64,000 nucleotides of DNA from Candidatus Marinacidobacterales bacterium (GCA_965237955.1 OZ250169.1:1728001-1792000); one strand, 5' to 3'. Positions 10,701 through 20,727 are shown, counted from the first letter of the stretch. Numbers and translations: made by a program. The notes: generated from the sequence alone by a model not told the origin.

Positions 10701-10778
10701 AACGGCGAGCTCTACGTGAGTGTCCACACCACCGCGAATCCGGGAGGAGAAATCCGCGGCCAGATCGGCGCTCGGTAG
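7725..10778 (+). CDS. Large secreted multidomain protein: right-handed beta-helix, two InlB-B-like Cys repeats, spondin-like domain, C-terminal CHRD domain
   Basis: Signal peptide; FYIATDGDD..GS..APWATI; NN-ladder repeats; DILGNPRP..ADIGAWE; two GSVSS.P.GISC..DCS..F..WSGDC repeats; CTNDGFTGL; YVSVHT..NPGGEIRGQI. Confidence 0.8.
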   Translation: MNRRESKRSAVFGAALLGALTMLTVSGVSSAQTFYIATDGDDGSGDGSMGAPWATITHALDSVSDDSTILVRPGTYFGRVNLRGTFANGVTVRSEIPYDARLRYDATVVICFYGQGITLEGFDIAHDGPGAGGLVIQVQDLIGEPGGADFVSRITFRNNVLHGSFNNDILKINNGAGNVTVEGNIFYNQTGSDEHIDVNSVTDVVIQDNVFFNYFSGSGRVNDNNTSGYIVIKDSNAGDDTNLGSERITVRRNVFLNWEGSTGSNFVLVGEDGQPFYEAREVLVENNLMIGNSSNVMRSSFGVKGGTEITFRYNTVVGDLPSLAYAMRLNTEGSNLPNDDIFFENNIWSDPTGMMGAENSDRPNDFSDTPPDETIDYLLDSNLYWNGGAAIPSNLAELVNYTDDVRRTVADPLVRDPAGVVLPRYIPLAQDFADGSTTIREVFVNLVDLYAAVDPASPVIDAAVGASPPTDILGNPRPVGARADIGAWERQSAAPVFSLDVTRSGTGAGSVSSVPSGISCSGDCSHDFTADTSVTLTATPAPGSVFAGWSGDCSGTDVCVVSMTADRSVDANFTSLGTRTLTVTTSGSGTGMIVSDLPGISCGGDCSESYLHSTAVTLTAISTGGSTFVEWTGACSGSGACVVTMTDDLAVDASFIAGEAYDYSYRVTVENLTGAQALTAPVVATHTGRVRLYRPRRSASAEIQALAENGDTTPLLTLLGDDAGVSDIATGATGALVPASDPGGTLLDSSTNILIGADRRAKFLSVVSMVVCTNDGFTGLNRVRLPKSGVSVYFPRVSDAGTETNTEDFADLVPACQSLLGIGSADAGTLVSNPALAEGGRIFPHAGVVGGDDLIPSTHGWLDPMVRVTVTPLRSGARRLRARLNGKQVVAQDVDGNNTFVDTLAKGTLNLRLLGGDTQLKHTLVVRRIDDVTEAHIRAGLPNENGPIVATLYGPPPPDGRFNGRLARRNLTEADLVGPFAGDFPGFLAALGNGELYVSVHTTANPGGEIRGQIGAR

Positions 10779-10857
10779 TGCTTAGATTGAGTCACTTCCC
10801 CAAGGAGATTTGTCGTACTCGGTCGTTGTAGGATGTTCCGGCTTTTGGAGGGACCCT

Positions 10858-11550
10858 GTGACCGAGGAATCCGATACGAGAAAAAGCCTGTGGCAAAGCA
10901 AAACAATTTCGCTGATTCTCGTTTGTTCGGCGCTCGGCGTCGCCGTGTTGGTGCCGGGGGTCGGTGTCAACGGAGCGTTTTTGATTGCCCTTGTTGCCGC
11001 GGTCCTGGGCCGCAAGGCTGGCAGCTTTCGCGAGATGGGGATGCGCTCCCCGGTCTCGTGGCCGAAATTGCTGGGCACGACGTTCTTGTATGGCGTGGTG
11101 ATTCAGTTCGCCTTTGCGATACTCATCGAACCGATTCTGGAGAAAATCACCGGCAGTGCGGTGGATATCAGCGTGCTCGACGGGATACGAGGCAACTTCG
11201 TCAAGTGTATGACGATGATTGCCGTCGGTTGGATCATGGGCGGGTTCCTCGAAGAGTTCACCTTCAGAGGATTCGTCGTGACCCGCGTTCACAAATTGTT
11301 GGGCTCCGGTCCTGCTGCGATCTGGATTGCCATTCTGGTCGCGGCCGTTCCATTCGGTATCGCCCACATGTACCAGGGTCCCGCCGGCATGATTGGTACC
11401 GGACTCATCGGGTTCTTGTTCGGAGTTATCTTCGTCGTCCACGGTTACAATTTGTGGTATCCGGTGTTCGCGCACGGATTCATCAACACGGTTGCCATGA
11501 TCTTGATTTATCTCGATGTCGACCGCGGATTGAGCGGTTTCTTGTTCTAG
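10858..11550 (+). CDS. CPBP (CAAX/Abi) intramembrane metalloprotease
   Basis: EEFTFRG, FGIAH, AHGFIN motifs; GGAGG upstream of GTG 10858. Confidence 0.9.
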   Translation: MTEESDTRKSLWQSKTISLILVCSALGVAVLVPGVGVNGAFLIALVAAVLGRKAGSFREMGMRSPVSWPKLLGTTFLYGVVIQFAFAILIEPILEKITGSAVDISVLDGIRGNFVKCMTMIAVGWIMGGFLEEFTFRGFVVTRVHKLLGSGPAAIWIAILVAAVPFGIAHMYQGPAGMIGTGLIGFLFGVIFVVHGYNLWYPVFAHGFINTVAMILIYLDVDRGLSGFLF

Positions 11551-11559
11551 CTACAACAG

Positions 11560-12073
11560 TGGACCCATCGTCGTGGACGATGTAGAACTCGACGAGCACA
11601 TAGTCCTCTGCTCGCACGATGCCATCGATGATGCTGTCGAAAGTTTCCTCTCCGTCGACGAGGAGCTCTACCGCGTTGCGGCGAAGAAACGGCGTCCCCG
11701 ACAACGCCATCAGGCCATCGTAGTCGGGAACTCTGTCGGCGGTTACGAGAGCGAATGGCTCGAGCTTCGGCTCGAGCGCGTCCACGAACTCTTCGATGTC
11801 CACTTCGTGATCGCGGCGCACCTCGACCCAGCCTTCGAACTTCTGGCGGCCGAACACGGCGTCGATCGGCACCATGACGTACGGGAATGCGTTCAAACTC
11901 ACCGCCCAGGCGATGGCGCCTTGGGCGGTCCGATTCCTCATGACGGCATCGACCGAGGCCAGGAGTCCGAGCACGTGAGCGAAGACGATCAGGATTCCGA
12001 GTACTCGCTTCACTCTTGGATTGGCAAAAATCCAGGGCCTGCGCTCTTTCGATGTGTCAGCTCTCGTGGACAT
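11560..12073 (-). pseudogene. cls: Cardiolipin synthase, 5' fragment only
   Basis: PLDc_N-like RTAQGAIAW..PY and NAVELLVDGEETF..AEDYVLVEFYIVHDD, then homology stops; no HKD motifs. Confidence 0.8.
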
Positions 12074-12215
12074 GAGCCCTCCCGGCTCGAAGTGTAATGC
12101 ATGACGACTGACCCGTTCTTTCGGCTCGTCCCTTTGAGATGTGTGGCTGCCTCGAGACCACGCCGTCGATAGCCGCACGTGCTAGAGTTTCGGTGGCATC
12201 TACGGCGTTATTGTT

Positions 12216-12299
12216 GCCGGGGTGGCGGAACGGCAGACGCGGGGGACTTAAAATCCCCTGAGGTAACTCGTGAGGGTTCGATTCCCTCCCCCGGCACCA
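12216..12299 (+). tRNA. tRNA-Leu (TAA)
   Basis: GCCGGGG/CCCCGGC acceptor stem, anticodon loop CTTAAAA, variable arm, GGTTCGATTCC, ACCA end. Confidence 0.96.
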
Positions 12300-12539
12300 A
12301 TTGAAAGTTACTGACCCGCTTCAACTTCAAAGGCTGCCGTGACTCAGCGTTGGACGCCGTCACTCTAGACTTGTGCTCAACTTGTGCTGTTCCCAGAACC
12401 GCCTAGGCAGGGAGTGACTGGCTCAATCAGATTAGCGTCGTCATAGAGTGCGATGGCCCGACGCGCAACATAGTAATGAATGTTATGTTTCCTGGGCTCT
12501 GGGATCTGGGTGAGGACGCGGACGGGAAACTCGAAGACA

Positions 12540-14726
12540 TCACGGTCTAAGCTTCGCTGCACGCCGCTTCAGATGAAGCACAGGCTCCGTATAGCCGTTC
12601 TCGGCAACGCGACCCTTGAATACCAAATCCAACGCTGCTTGGAATTCGACGCTGCCGTCGAAATCAGGCGCCATGTTCCTGTACAGAGGATCCCCCGAGT
12701 TCTGATCGTCGACAATGGCCGCCATTCTTTTCATGCTTTCTATGACTTGCCGCTTGGTCGTAACACCGTGATGCAGCCAGTTTGCGACATGTTGGCTTGA
12801 GATGCGCAAAGTAGCGCGGTCCTCCATCAACGCAGTGTCGTTGATATCGGGCACCTTGGAACACCCCACACCCTGACCGACCCATCGCACGACGTATCCA
12901 AGAATACCCTGGAGATTGTTATCGAGCTCTTTCTGAATCTCATCCTCGTCAAGTTCTCGATCAACTAGCAAAGGCATCGTCAAGATGTCATCGAGGCTCG
13001 CCCGGCCACGATTCTTGAGCTCTTCCTGACGAGCAAGCACGTCCACTCGGTGATAGTGAATAGCGTGTAGCGTGGCCGCTGTCGGCGAAGGCACCCACGC
13101 TGTATTCGCGCCGGATGTAGGATGCTCAATCTTGGCACGCATCATGGCCGCCATCTCATCGGGCATGGCCCACATGCCTTTTCCGATCTGCGCAGAACCA
13201 GGTAATCCAGTCTCTATGCCGATGTCTACGTTCCAATTTTCGTAAGCCGCAATCCAGGGTGCGCCCTTGATCTCGGCCTTCGGCAACATTGGACCTGCCT
13301 CCATGCCGGTGTGTATTTCATCGGCCGTGCGATCGAGGAAACCCGTGTTGATGAAGATCACTCTATTCTTGGCAGCGCGAATGCTTTCTTTGAGGTTCAC
13401 CGTCGTTCGCCGCTCCTCGTCCATGATTCCAAGCTTCACCGTGTTGCGTGACAACCAGAGCGCATCTTCCACCATTGAGAAAAGCTCAGCCGTAAATTCG
13501 ACTTCTTGAGGACCATGCAATTTTGGCTTGACGATGTAGATACTTCCCTTGGTTCTGCTGTTGTCCACGTTGCCGGTTCTCTCGATATCATGTTTCGCTA
13601 TAAGCGCCGACACAATGGCGTCGAGAATTCCCTCGGGAATCTCTGCACCATCCGAGGTGGTGACCGCATCCGTATACATATGGAGGCCGACATTTCGCAC
13701 CAGCAGCAAACTTCTCCCCGGCACCGTCATTACCTCGCCGGTAGGTGCAACAAACTGCCTGTCCGGATTCATGCTGCGTGTCACACGAGAGCCGGCTTTC
13801 TCGAAGCTGGCTTCCAAATCGCCCTTCATCAAACCGAGCCAGTTTCTGTAGACCAAGACCTTGTCCGGCGCATCGACGGCCGCGATGGAATCTTCGAAGT
13901 CCTGAATCGTGGTGATGGCGGCTTCGAGCAGGACATCCTTGATGTCGGCCGGATCGGTTCTGCCGACGGGATGCGCGGGATCGAGCTGAATCTCGATGTG
14001 GAGGCCGTTGTTCTTCAACAATATGGCGGAGAGTGAGCCCTCGTCTTCGCTGTAGCCCACGAACTGCGATGGATCCTCGAGCCCCGTGGTGCCGCCATTT
14101 CGCAACGACGCGCACAACACTTTCCTCGCCGCCGAGCCGTTCAATGAGAAGCCCGTCACGTCGGCGTACTTTGCGCCCCTGAGCCCGACGGACTCGTCGA
14201 GGAACTCTTTGGTGTAGGCAATGACTTTGTTGCCACGGACCGGATTGAACGCGGTTCCTCGTTCAGCTCCACCCGTATCGGGAATCGCGTCGGTGCCATA
14301 CAGCGCGTCATACAAACTGCCCCAGCGGGCATTGGCGGCATTCAGGGCGTAGCGTGCGATTTGTACGGGAACGACGAGTTGCGGCCCTGGGATTCTGGTG
14401 ATCTCTTCATCCACATTGTCGACGCTCACCTTGAAATCCGGACCTTCAGGGACCAGGTATCCAATCTTCTCTAGGAAACGCTTTTGCTCCTCGACATCGA
14501 TAGGCTGCCCTCGGCGCTCGCGGTTCCAAGCGTCGATTTCCTGCTGCAGCGCGTCACGGCGGTCCAACAGGGCTCGGTTCTTCGGGGCGAGGCGATCTAT
14601 GATGGCGGCAAGGGATTGCCAGAATTGATCCGCGACAATTCCGGTTCCTGGGGCTATCTCGTTCTCGACCAACCCGAACAGCGATGCGTCGATTTTCAAG
14701 CCCGCTTTGTCGACGGTGGCGGTCAT
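12540..14726 (-). CDS. glcB: Malate synthase G
   Basis: [51 protein letters not shown]; 728 aa. Confidence 0.97.
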   Translation of the reverse strand: MTATVDKAGLKIDASLFGLVENEIAPGTGIVADQFWQSLAAIIDRLAPKNRALLDRRDALQQEIDAWNRERRGQPIDVEEQKRFLEKIGYLVPEGPDFKVSVDNVDEEITRIPGPQLVVPVQIARYALNAANARWGSLYDALYGTDAIPDTGGAERGTAFNPVRGNKVIAYTKEFLDESVGLRGAKYADVTGFSLNGSAARKVLCASLRNGGTTGLEDPSQFVGYSEDEGSLSAILLKNNGLHIEIQLDPAHPVGRTDPADIKDVLLEAAITTIQDFEDSIAAVDAPDKVLVYRNWLGLMKGDLEASFEKAGSRVTRSMNPDRQFVAPTGEVMTVPGRSLLLVRNVGLHMYTDAVTTSDGAEIPEGILDAIVSALIAKHDIERTGNVDNSRTKGSIYIVKPKLHGPQEVEFTAELFSMVEDALWLSRNTVKLGIMDEERRTTVNLKESIRAAKNRVIFINTGFLDRTADEIHTGMEAGPMLPKAEIKGAPWIAAYENWNVDIGIETGLPGSAQIGKGMWAMPDEMAAMMRAKIEHPTSGANTAWVPSPTAATLHAIHYHRVDVLARQEELKNRGRASLDDILTMPLLVDRELDEDEIQKELDNNLQGILGYVVRWVGQGVGCSKVPDINDTALMEDRATLRISSQHVANWLHHGVTTKRQVIESMKRMAAIVDDQNSGDPLYRNMAPDFDGSVEFQAALDLVFKGRVAENGYTEPVLHLKRRAAKLRP

Positions 14727-15030
14727 TGGTCGCTGTAAAGGTTCACTGTCGTTGCGGTTCGGATTCGGGGCGCAAAAGCGCTTCTATATCGAGGGCTGGC
14801 CGCGATGGTCACACCTGAAACGAAGGGTAGGCAATGAGATCGGTCGTGCCGCCGAGCCTGTATAAGGATAGGAAAATTCATACGTGTCCGGCCCCGGTCC
14901 GCACGAAATTTCCCCACTGGGATGGGACTGTGCAGTCCGATTGAGTCCTGGTGAGGGTAGCAGAACTCGAGCAAACAGGGCAAGGCGGTTGAGGAGTGTC
15001 TCCCGCCGGGAGGATGGGTGTGAAGGGTAC

Positions 15031-15138
15031 TTTCAAGTTGGCGAATCGCGCCCCAATATCGTGGGGGCTCGAGGATGCGCCGTCAACCATATCTTGGGGT
15101 CGAATCGGCCTTGAAGCTCTCAACTTGACAATACCCTC
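15031..15138. repeat. ~105-bp dispersed repeat, copy 1 (MITE-like, TCAAGTTG/CAACTTGA ends)
   Basis: Closely similar to the reverse complement of 57320-57427. Confidence 0.8.
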
Positions 15139-15176
15139 TCGACAGATACGCGACACGGCAGTATTCTCAGGCTACG

Positions 15177-15722
15177 GTGGAGGTTGGGGCTGGCTTGACA
15201 TCGCTGCCGCGGCGGGCGATCCTGTGGCGCTGTGTCGCGTTGCTCGGCGTGGCCCGGCCGATGTGGGCGGCGGCGACGTCGCGCGTGACCACGTTTCGCG
15301 AGCTGACGCGTCCGGTGGCGATTCCGCTCCGTCAGGTCGCCGAGCCGTGGCAGCCGCTGGCATTCGACGCCTGGGCGGTCGACGCGTCCGGTAGTGATGT
15401 GCGGCTCAAGGGAACGCTGGTGCGGACTGCACGCGCACCGGATCCGGCCGACGGCCTGACGTCGGTCTGTCTGACCTGCCCGCACGAGATCTGTTATGTC
15501 AATCTGGTCGAGGAACCCGGTGCGGCTGAGCTGGACGCGGGTGCGCCCGACCATCCGGTGTTCGTCTGCCCATGCCACTTCAGCTCGTTCGATCCCCGCG
15601 CGGATGGCGCCCGCCTGGGCGGTCCGACGACACGCGGTCTGTTCCGCTTTCGTTTCGAGGTCAGAGGAGAGGTAGTCCGAATTGTAGAGATCGAAGAGGA
15701 AATACTCCGGTTTTTGGCATGA
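15177..15722 (+). CDS. Rieske [2Fe-2S] domain protein, possible Tat signal
   Basis: CPHEIC and CPCHFSSFD motifs; LPRRAIL near N-terminus. Confidence 0.85.
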   Translation: MEVGAGLTSLPRRAILWRCVALLGVARPMWAAATSRVTTFRELTRPVAIPLRQVAEPWQPLAFDAWAVDASGSDVRLKGTLVRTARAPDPADGLTSVCLTCPHEICYVNLVEEPGAAELDAGAPDHPVFVCPCHFSSFDPRADGARLGGPTTRGLFRFRFEVRGEVVRIVEIEEEILRFLA

Positions 15723-15742
15723 CGCAGTTTGACCTAGGAGGC

Positions 15743-16783
15743 ATGATGAACGCGCGAACTCTTTTCACTCTCGTCGTCGTCCTGTTCGTGTCGTCGTTCG
15801 TGACCGTCGTAAGCGCGCAAGAGGGACGCCAGCAGAAGCTGTATGTCCTGAGTAGCGCGGACAACGACGCCACCATCATCGACGTCGCAACGAATCAGAT
15901 CATCGGCGCGATCGAGGTTGGCGGACTGCCGCACGGCCTCGCCGTGCCCGCGACCAACGACATCCTGTACGTATCGACCGAACGCGACAACAAGTTGGTC
16001 GTCGTGGATCCAGTCACCGACGAGATCGTCAAGAAGTATCCGGTGGGTGACACACCGAACGAGATCGACATCACCCCCGACGGCCGGTTCGTATACCTAC
16101 CAATCCGCCGCGGCGGTGTCTTCGAAGTCTTCGACACCGTCAAGGAGGAGGTCGTTGCCCGGATTCCGACGGACGGGGACCCGCACAATGCGGTGGTTTC
16201 GCCCGACGGCCGATTCATGTATCTCGCACCGATGGGCGACAACGACAAGATCTATGTCGCCGATACACGCACCCACACGATCGCAGCGACGATCCCAACC
16301 GAACATGCGCCGCGGCCGATTGCAGTCAGCCCCGACGGCAAGTGGCTCTACGTGAACACCGACGAGCTCCTCGGCTTCAAGGTGCTCGACCTCGAGAAGC
16401 GCAAAGTGGTGTCGACGGCCCACTATGAGCTGACGGCCGACGAGAAGGCCGAGCGGAGCCGCTCGCACGGCGTCGTCGTGACACCGGACGGCAAGGAAGT
16501 CTGGGCGTCGGACGTGAATCACGAGTTGGTGTTCGTCTTCGACGCGACGCAGAACCCGCCGAAGCAGATTGCCAGGTTCGAGAACCCGGGCGATCCGTAC
16601 TGGTTGACCGTCACGCCCGACGGGAAAACGGTGTACGTCGCAAGCGCCACCGACGACACTGTTACGGCGTACGATGTCGCAGCCAAGAAAAAGGTGGCGG
16701 TCATTCAGCTGCCGAAGGGCAAGGCGCCCAAGCGGATGCAGGTCGTGAGCGTCTCGGGGAGGCGCACGAGCGATCAACATTAA
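15743..16783 (+). CDS. Secreted YVTN/YncE beta-propeller protein
   Basis: Repeated P...SPDG..LYV blades; signal peptide; AGGAGG RBS. Confidence 0.9.
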   Translation: MMNARTLFTLVVVLFVSSFVTVVSAQEGRQQKLYVLSSADNDATIIDVATNQIIGAIEVGGLPHGLAVPATNDILYVSTERDNKLVVVDPVTDEIVKKYPVGDTPNEIDITPDGRFVYLPIRRGGVFEVFDTVKEEVVARIPTDGDPHNAVVSPDGRFMYLAPMGDNDKIYVADTRTHTIAATIPTEHAPRPIAVSPDGKWLYVNTDELLGFKVLDLEKRKVVSTAHYELTADEKAERSRSHGVVVTPDGKEVWASDVNHELVFVFDATQNPPKQIARFENPGDPYWLTVTPDGKTVYVASATDDTVTAYDVAAKKKVAVIQLPKGKAPKRMQVVSVSGRRTSDQH

Positions 16784-16899
16784 GTTGACGATCGGAGAAC
16801 GATCTCCCGCTCGCGACCGTTTGAGCCACGTTCTAGGAGCCTGTCTCGTCCTACTGTTTGAAGCCCACTGATTGCGTGGGAAGACACGAGGAGGATGAC

Positions 16900-17816
16900 A
16901 TGACAGCAAAACGAAGAAAGCGCATTTTCCTGACCGGCGCGACCGGCGCGATGGGACTCGCCGGCGTTCGCGCATTGATCGCGGCTGGCCACGAAGTGGT
17001 CGGCACCACTCATTCGCGACGCAGTGCAGCCGCTCTGGACGAGCTCGGGGCAACGGCCATCTATGTCAACATGTTCGACGAAGGCGCCCTACGAGAGGCG
17101 TTGGTCGGCATCGACGTGCTCGCTCACTTCGCGACGAGCATACCGCTGGGGTTCGCATCCGTCCGGCTGAGCGCATGGCGCACGAACGATCGGTTGCGTC
17201 GCGAGGGCACGGCGACGCTCATCGCTGCCGCCGGTTCATCTTCGAATCGATAGCGCTCGCCTACCCCGACCGCGGTGACGCTTGGATCGACGAGTCGGAA
17301 GATTTGCGTCCGCCCTCAGTCGTTATGGGTACGGCGATCGAAGCGGAGGCGATGCTGGCTGGGTTCGCCGCGCGCGGCGGCGAGGCGGTGAGCCTACGCT
17401 TCGGCCGGCTCTACGGACTTGGGAGAGCCTCGGGCGACGTGATTGATGCAGTACGTAAGCGGTGGATGCCGATCGTCGGCAGTGGCGGCAACTACGTGTC
17501 CAGCATCCACGTTGCGGATGCTGGAAGTGCCATCGCAGCAGCGGTGGATGTTGCGCCAGGGACCTACAACGTCGTCGACGATGAGCCCCTGACCCAGCGC
17601 GTGTTGCTCGAGACGATCGCTCGGAGTCTGGATGCGCCGTCACCGAGAAGGATGCCGGAGATGCTCGCTCGTGTGATGATGGGCCATGCTGCGAAGGTGC
17701 TCACGGTGTCACAACGTGTCTCGAACCGTCGCTTTCGTGAGGCAAGCGGGTGGCGTCCGCGGTACCGGTCCGCCGCTCACGGGTGGCCGGAGATAGCGGA
17801 GGCCGTTGCGGCATAG
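16900..17816 (+). CDS. NAD-dependent epimerase/dehydratase, frameshifted near 17230
   Basis: IFLTGATGAMG; LRFGRLYG; SSIHVADA; YNVVDDEP split over two frames. Confidence 0.85.
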
Positions 17817-17852
17817 TCGTGAGAAACAACGAGGGTCGATAGTCGAACGGCG

Positions 17853-18706
17853 GTGTTCGCCGAACACCGGTCGTACTTGTTTGCCGTCGCCTACCGGCTG
17901 CTCGGTATCGCGGAGGACGCGGAAGACGTGATCCAGGACGCCTGGATCCGTTTCTCCGATGTTCGCATCAAGGAGATCGAGCTCGACCATCCGCGCGCCT
18001 ACCTGCTCACGATCGTGACGCGTCTATCGATCGATCTCCTTCGCTCGGCACGCCACCGTCGCGAAGAGTACGTCGGCGTATGGCTACCGGAACCGGTGTC
18101 GACGCGCGAGGCACTTCCGCGCGATCTCGTGGAGCAAGCCGAATCTGCATCGTTCGCCTTTTTGTTGCTGCTCGAACGCTCGAACCCGGTGGAGCGCGCG
18201 GTCCTCGTCCTGCATGATGTGTTCGAGTACTCGCACAAGGAGATCGCCGCGGCGATCGGACGCGAACCCCCGCCAGCCGCCAGGCGCTCAGACGAGCCCG
18301 TCTGAAGCTCGGTGATGCGTCGAGCCGGTTACCTCCCTCCACAGAGCACGGGCGTACGCTCGTTGGACAATTCCTCGAGGCGGCGCGCTCCGGCGACCTA
18401 GAGCAACTCGCCGGCACCCTCGCGTCGGATGTCGTCCTGATGAGTGATGGCGGTGGGAAAGTGCTGGCGGCGGCTCGCCCTCTGGCCGGGAGCGGTTGTG
18501 TGGGACGGTTCCTGATCGCAGTGAGCAAGTCGGCCGGATGGAGTGGTCTCGAAATCACAGAGCTCAACGGCCAACCGGCGTTGCTCGTTTTCGGAAATCA
18601 CGTTCTGGCGAACGCGTTCCTCTTCGACGCCACCGCACAAGGAGTCACCGCGATCTATGTGGTGCGGAATCCCGACAAGCTACGACGCCTGGGCGACCAT
18701 AACTGA
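17853..18706 (+). CDS. ECF41/SigJ-type sigma factor with SnoaL-like extension, frameshifted near 18275
   Basis: YVGVWLPEP, SDGGGKV and RNPDKL motifs characteristic of ECF41. Confidence 0.88.
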
Positions 18707-18723
18707 GCGGAGCGTTTTCCACG

Positions 18724-18921
18724 TCATCGTTCGCAATAAGCTTTCACGGCGTCCATATCTTTTCCGACAGCTTTTTGAACCATGCCCTTGATGAGCGGAT
18801 TCATCAGCTTGGGAAGAGGTTTGTAAGCCCGCGCATCCAAGAAGTTATTGATGTCGGATACGGTCTTGAAGACGAGTTCTACGGGCGCATCGATCGTCCG
18901 CTGGATCGTCATCCGGCTCAT
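18724..18921 (-). pseudogene. SRPBCC/polyketide cyclase-like gene with internal deletion
   Basis: N-terminus TIQRTIDAPVELVFKTVSD joined directly to C-terminus KDMDAVKAYCE; only 65 aa. Confidence 0.65.
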
Positions 18922-18931
18922 GTCGCCGCCT

Positions 18932-19198
18932 TTAGCGGTCGCCTGATTTCCGGAAGCTGGACTTGGCGTGGCCGTGGGTCGCATCGTGAGGTGCAGGTGC
19001 CTCCCCCGTGGCCCCTCTTTGGCTGTCTCCGCCGTCGAAGATCTCGATCTTGCCGGAGTCGACGAGCTTCTTGAGGGCCGCGTGCTCCTCAGCACTATCG
19101 GCGATCTGTCCGGTCTTGTTCGGACCGAGGTGAAGTGATTTGCCGCGAGGTAGCGGTACCCTCAACGGAGCTCGAGTTTTGTTGACGACTGTCTTCAT
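18932..19198 (-). CDS. Hypothetical protein
   Basis: MKTVVNKTRAPLRVPLPRGKSLHLGP...; GAGGG upstream. Confidence 0.6.
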   Translation of the reverse strand: MKTVVNKTRAPLRVPLPRGKSLHLGPNKTGQIADSAEEHAALKKLVDSGKIEIFDGGDSQRGATGEAPAPHDATHGHAKSSFRKSGDR

Positions 19199-19301
19199 GG
19201 AGCGCCCTCTCGAAAAGTATCGAGGGGCATTGTACATCGAGTCGGGGCCGACTTGGCGGGCTGAAGGTCTTGCCTTCAGCCCGCCGATACGGAGAATGAG
19301 C

Positions 19302-20069
19302 TCAGAAGCGTGATGACGTCAAGACAACGTCGGCGAGAGCCCAGGATTTGCGAAATCGTGCTTCGACCGCGCGTGCCTCTCGTGTTTTGCCTTGCGCTCG
19401 GAGAGACTCCAATAAACCAAAGAGCGCCCAGCCGTTCTCGCGGAACTTCTCGAGAGCTTTCACGTACATCGCCTCGGCTTCTTCGGCTCGACCGGCCTGA
19501 AGCAGAAGCGCCCCGAGCGACAGCCTCACCTGGTAGTGCCACGCGGGAGGCTCCATGTAGCCGAGTGTGTCCTGGTGGCGCACCGCGATCTCCATGACGC
19601 GGATGGCTTCGTCGAGATTGCCTTCGGTCGCGAGAATCTCGGCAAGCAAGACGTTCGACGCGACCGCAACGACGCCCTCTGCGGTGTACTTCGGTGCGAA
19701 GACCATCTCCATCATGTTCCGGAGCTCTTCGCTTTCCGCGATACGATTGAGCTCGGCGCGCGCGGCGCGCGCGTTGCCGAACTCTTCGAGAGCGTCGTAG
19801 GCGATTCCGCGCGCGTAGTGCTTCCGGCCCAACGAGCCTTGTCGGTGGATGACGAAGACGTGGTCCCTGGAATCGATCGAGATCCCGATGGTCGATCCCA
19901 TCACCCAATGATTGGGCAGCGGCTTCGGCCAAAACGGATCCACTTCGAACTTCGGTGCTTCGACACTGCCCTGGGCGGCTACCGACGCTCCAACGCAAAC
20001 TGACCGACGCCGAGCGCGACGAAGGCGACGAGCAAACCGGCACCGATGACCACGTTTTTCTTCGTGCAT
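19302..20069 (-). pseudogene. Chimeric ORF: NHL-repeat protein N-terminus fused to TPR protein C-terminus
   Basis: PKFEVDPFWPKPLPNHW..IDSRDHVFVIHR followed by HYARGIA..YMEPPAWHY..ENGWALFGL..SSRF. Confidence 0.7.
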
Positions 20070-20107
20070 AGACGCATCATGCTTCCCACCCTTGATACCA
20101 TGGCTCC

Positions 20108-20240
20108 CTAGTCCCCTGTATCAGAACAAACTAGATAAAGCAGAGCTTGCCGAAACCATTCTAAGTGCATGAATCTTATGAATATTATGGGCTGGCGAAA
20201 AGCCTAACTTTGTATAGTAATCAAAGATCCAGGGGACTAG
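20108..20240 (+). mobile_element. 133-bp IS630-type MITE, copy A
   Basis: CTAGTCCCCTG...CAGGGGACTAG termini; five copies in window. Confidence 0.93.
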
Positions 20241-20369
20241 TCCCCTGTATCAGAACAAACTAGATAAAGCAGAGCTTGCCGAAACCCTTCTAAGTGCATG
20301 AATCTTATGAATCTTATGGGCTGGCGAAAAGCCTAACTTTGTATACTAATCAAAGATCCAGGGGACTAG
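20237..20369 (+). mobile_element. 133-bp IS630-type MITE, copy B (tandem, shares a CTAG with copy A)
   Basis: Junction ...GGGGACTAGTCCCC... Confidence 0.93.
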
Positions 20370-20484
20370 CGAGCCGGGGCCGAGTTTACGCTCTTCTCTT
20401 CAGGGAGTCCGCAGAGGCCTATGAGGCTCGGACCGGGCCAGGCAGCGCCGGCAGCGTCCGAAGAGTGGACAGCGCTGCGATCTT

Positions 20485-20727
20485 TTAGGGAATCCTTGCG
20501 GGCCAAAGCCCTCGAATGTAGATCGTGTCATCAGATACCCGGTAGTACACGATCCAGTTCTGCGCCAAGAACCAACGGTGATTTCGAAACCGGCCTTTCA
20601 TCCGGACCGGAAACATCCGCGGAAACTGCATGAGAAGCGATACCTTCTCCAGAATGATTTCGCGTTCCCGCTCCGATAACTCCAACAGGACCTCGAGAAC
20701 GCTCTCCGGCCAAAGGACCTCCGCCAT
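20485..20727 (-). CDS. RelE/ParE-family toxin
   Basis: 80 aa, LLMQFPRMFP..NWIVYYRV; coupled to upstream antitoxin. Confidence 0.75.
   Translation of the reverse strand: MAEVLWPESVLEVLLELSEREREIILEKVSLLMQFPRMFPVRMKGRFRNHRWFLAQNWIVYYRVSDDTIYIRGLWPARIP

Noticed and set aside
20108-20369. Tandem repeat as a CRISPR array
   Set aside because: Units are 129-133 bp with terminal inverted repeats, no spacers, and no cas genes are in the window.
20294-20488. MHESYE... ORFs (also 54612-54803 and 62873-63220) as a small gene family
   Set aside because: The shared N-terminus comes from the MITE and the remainders are unrelated flanking sequence.
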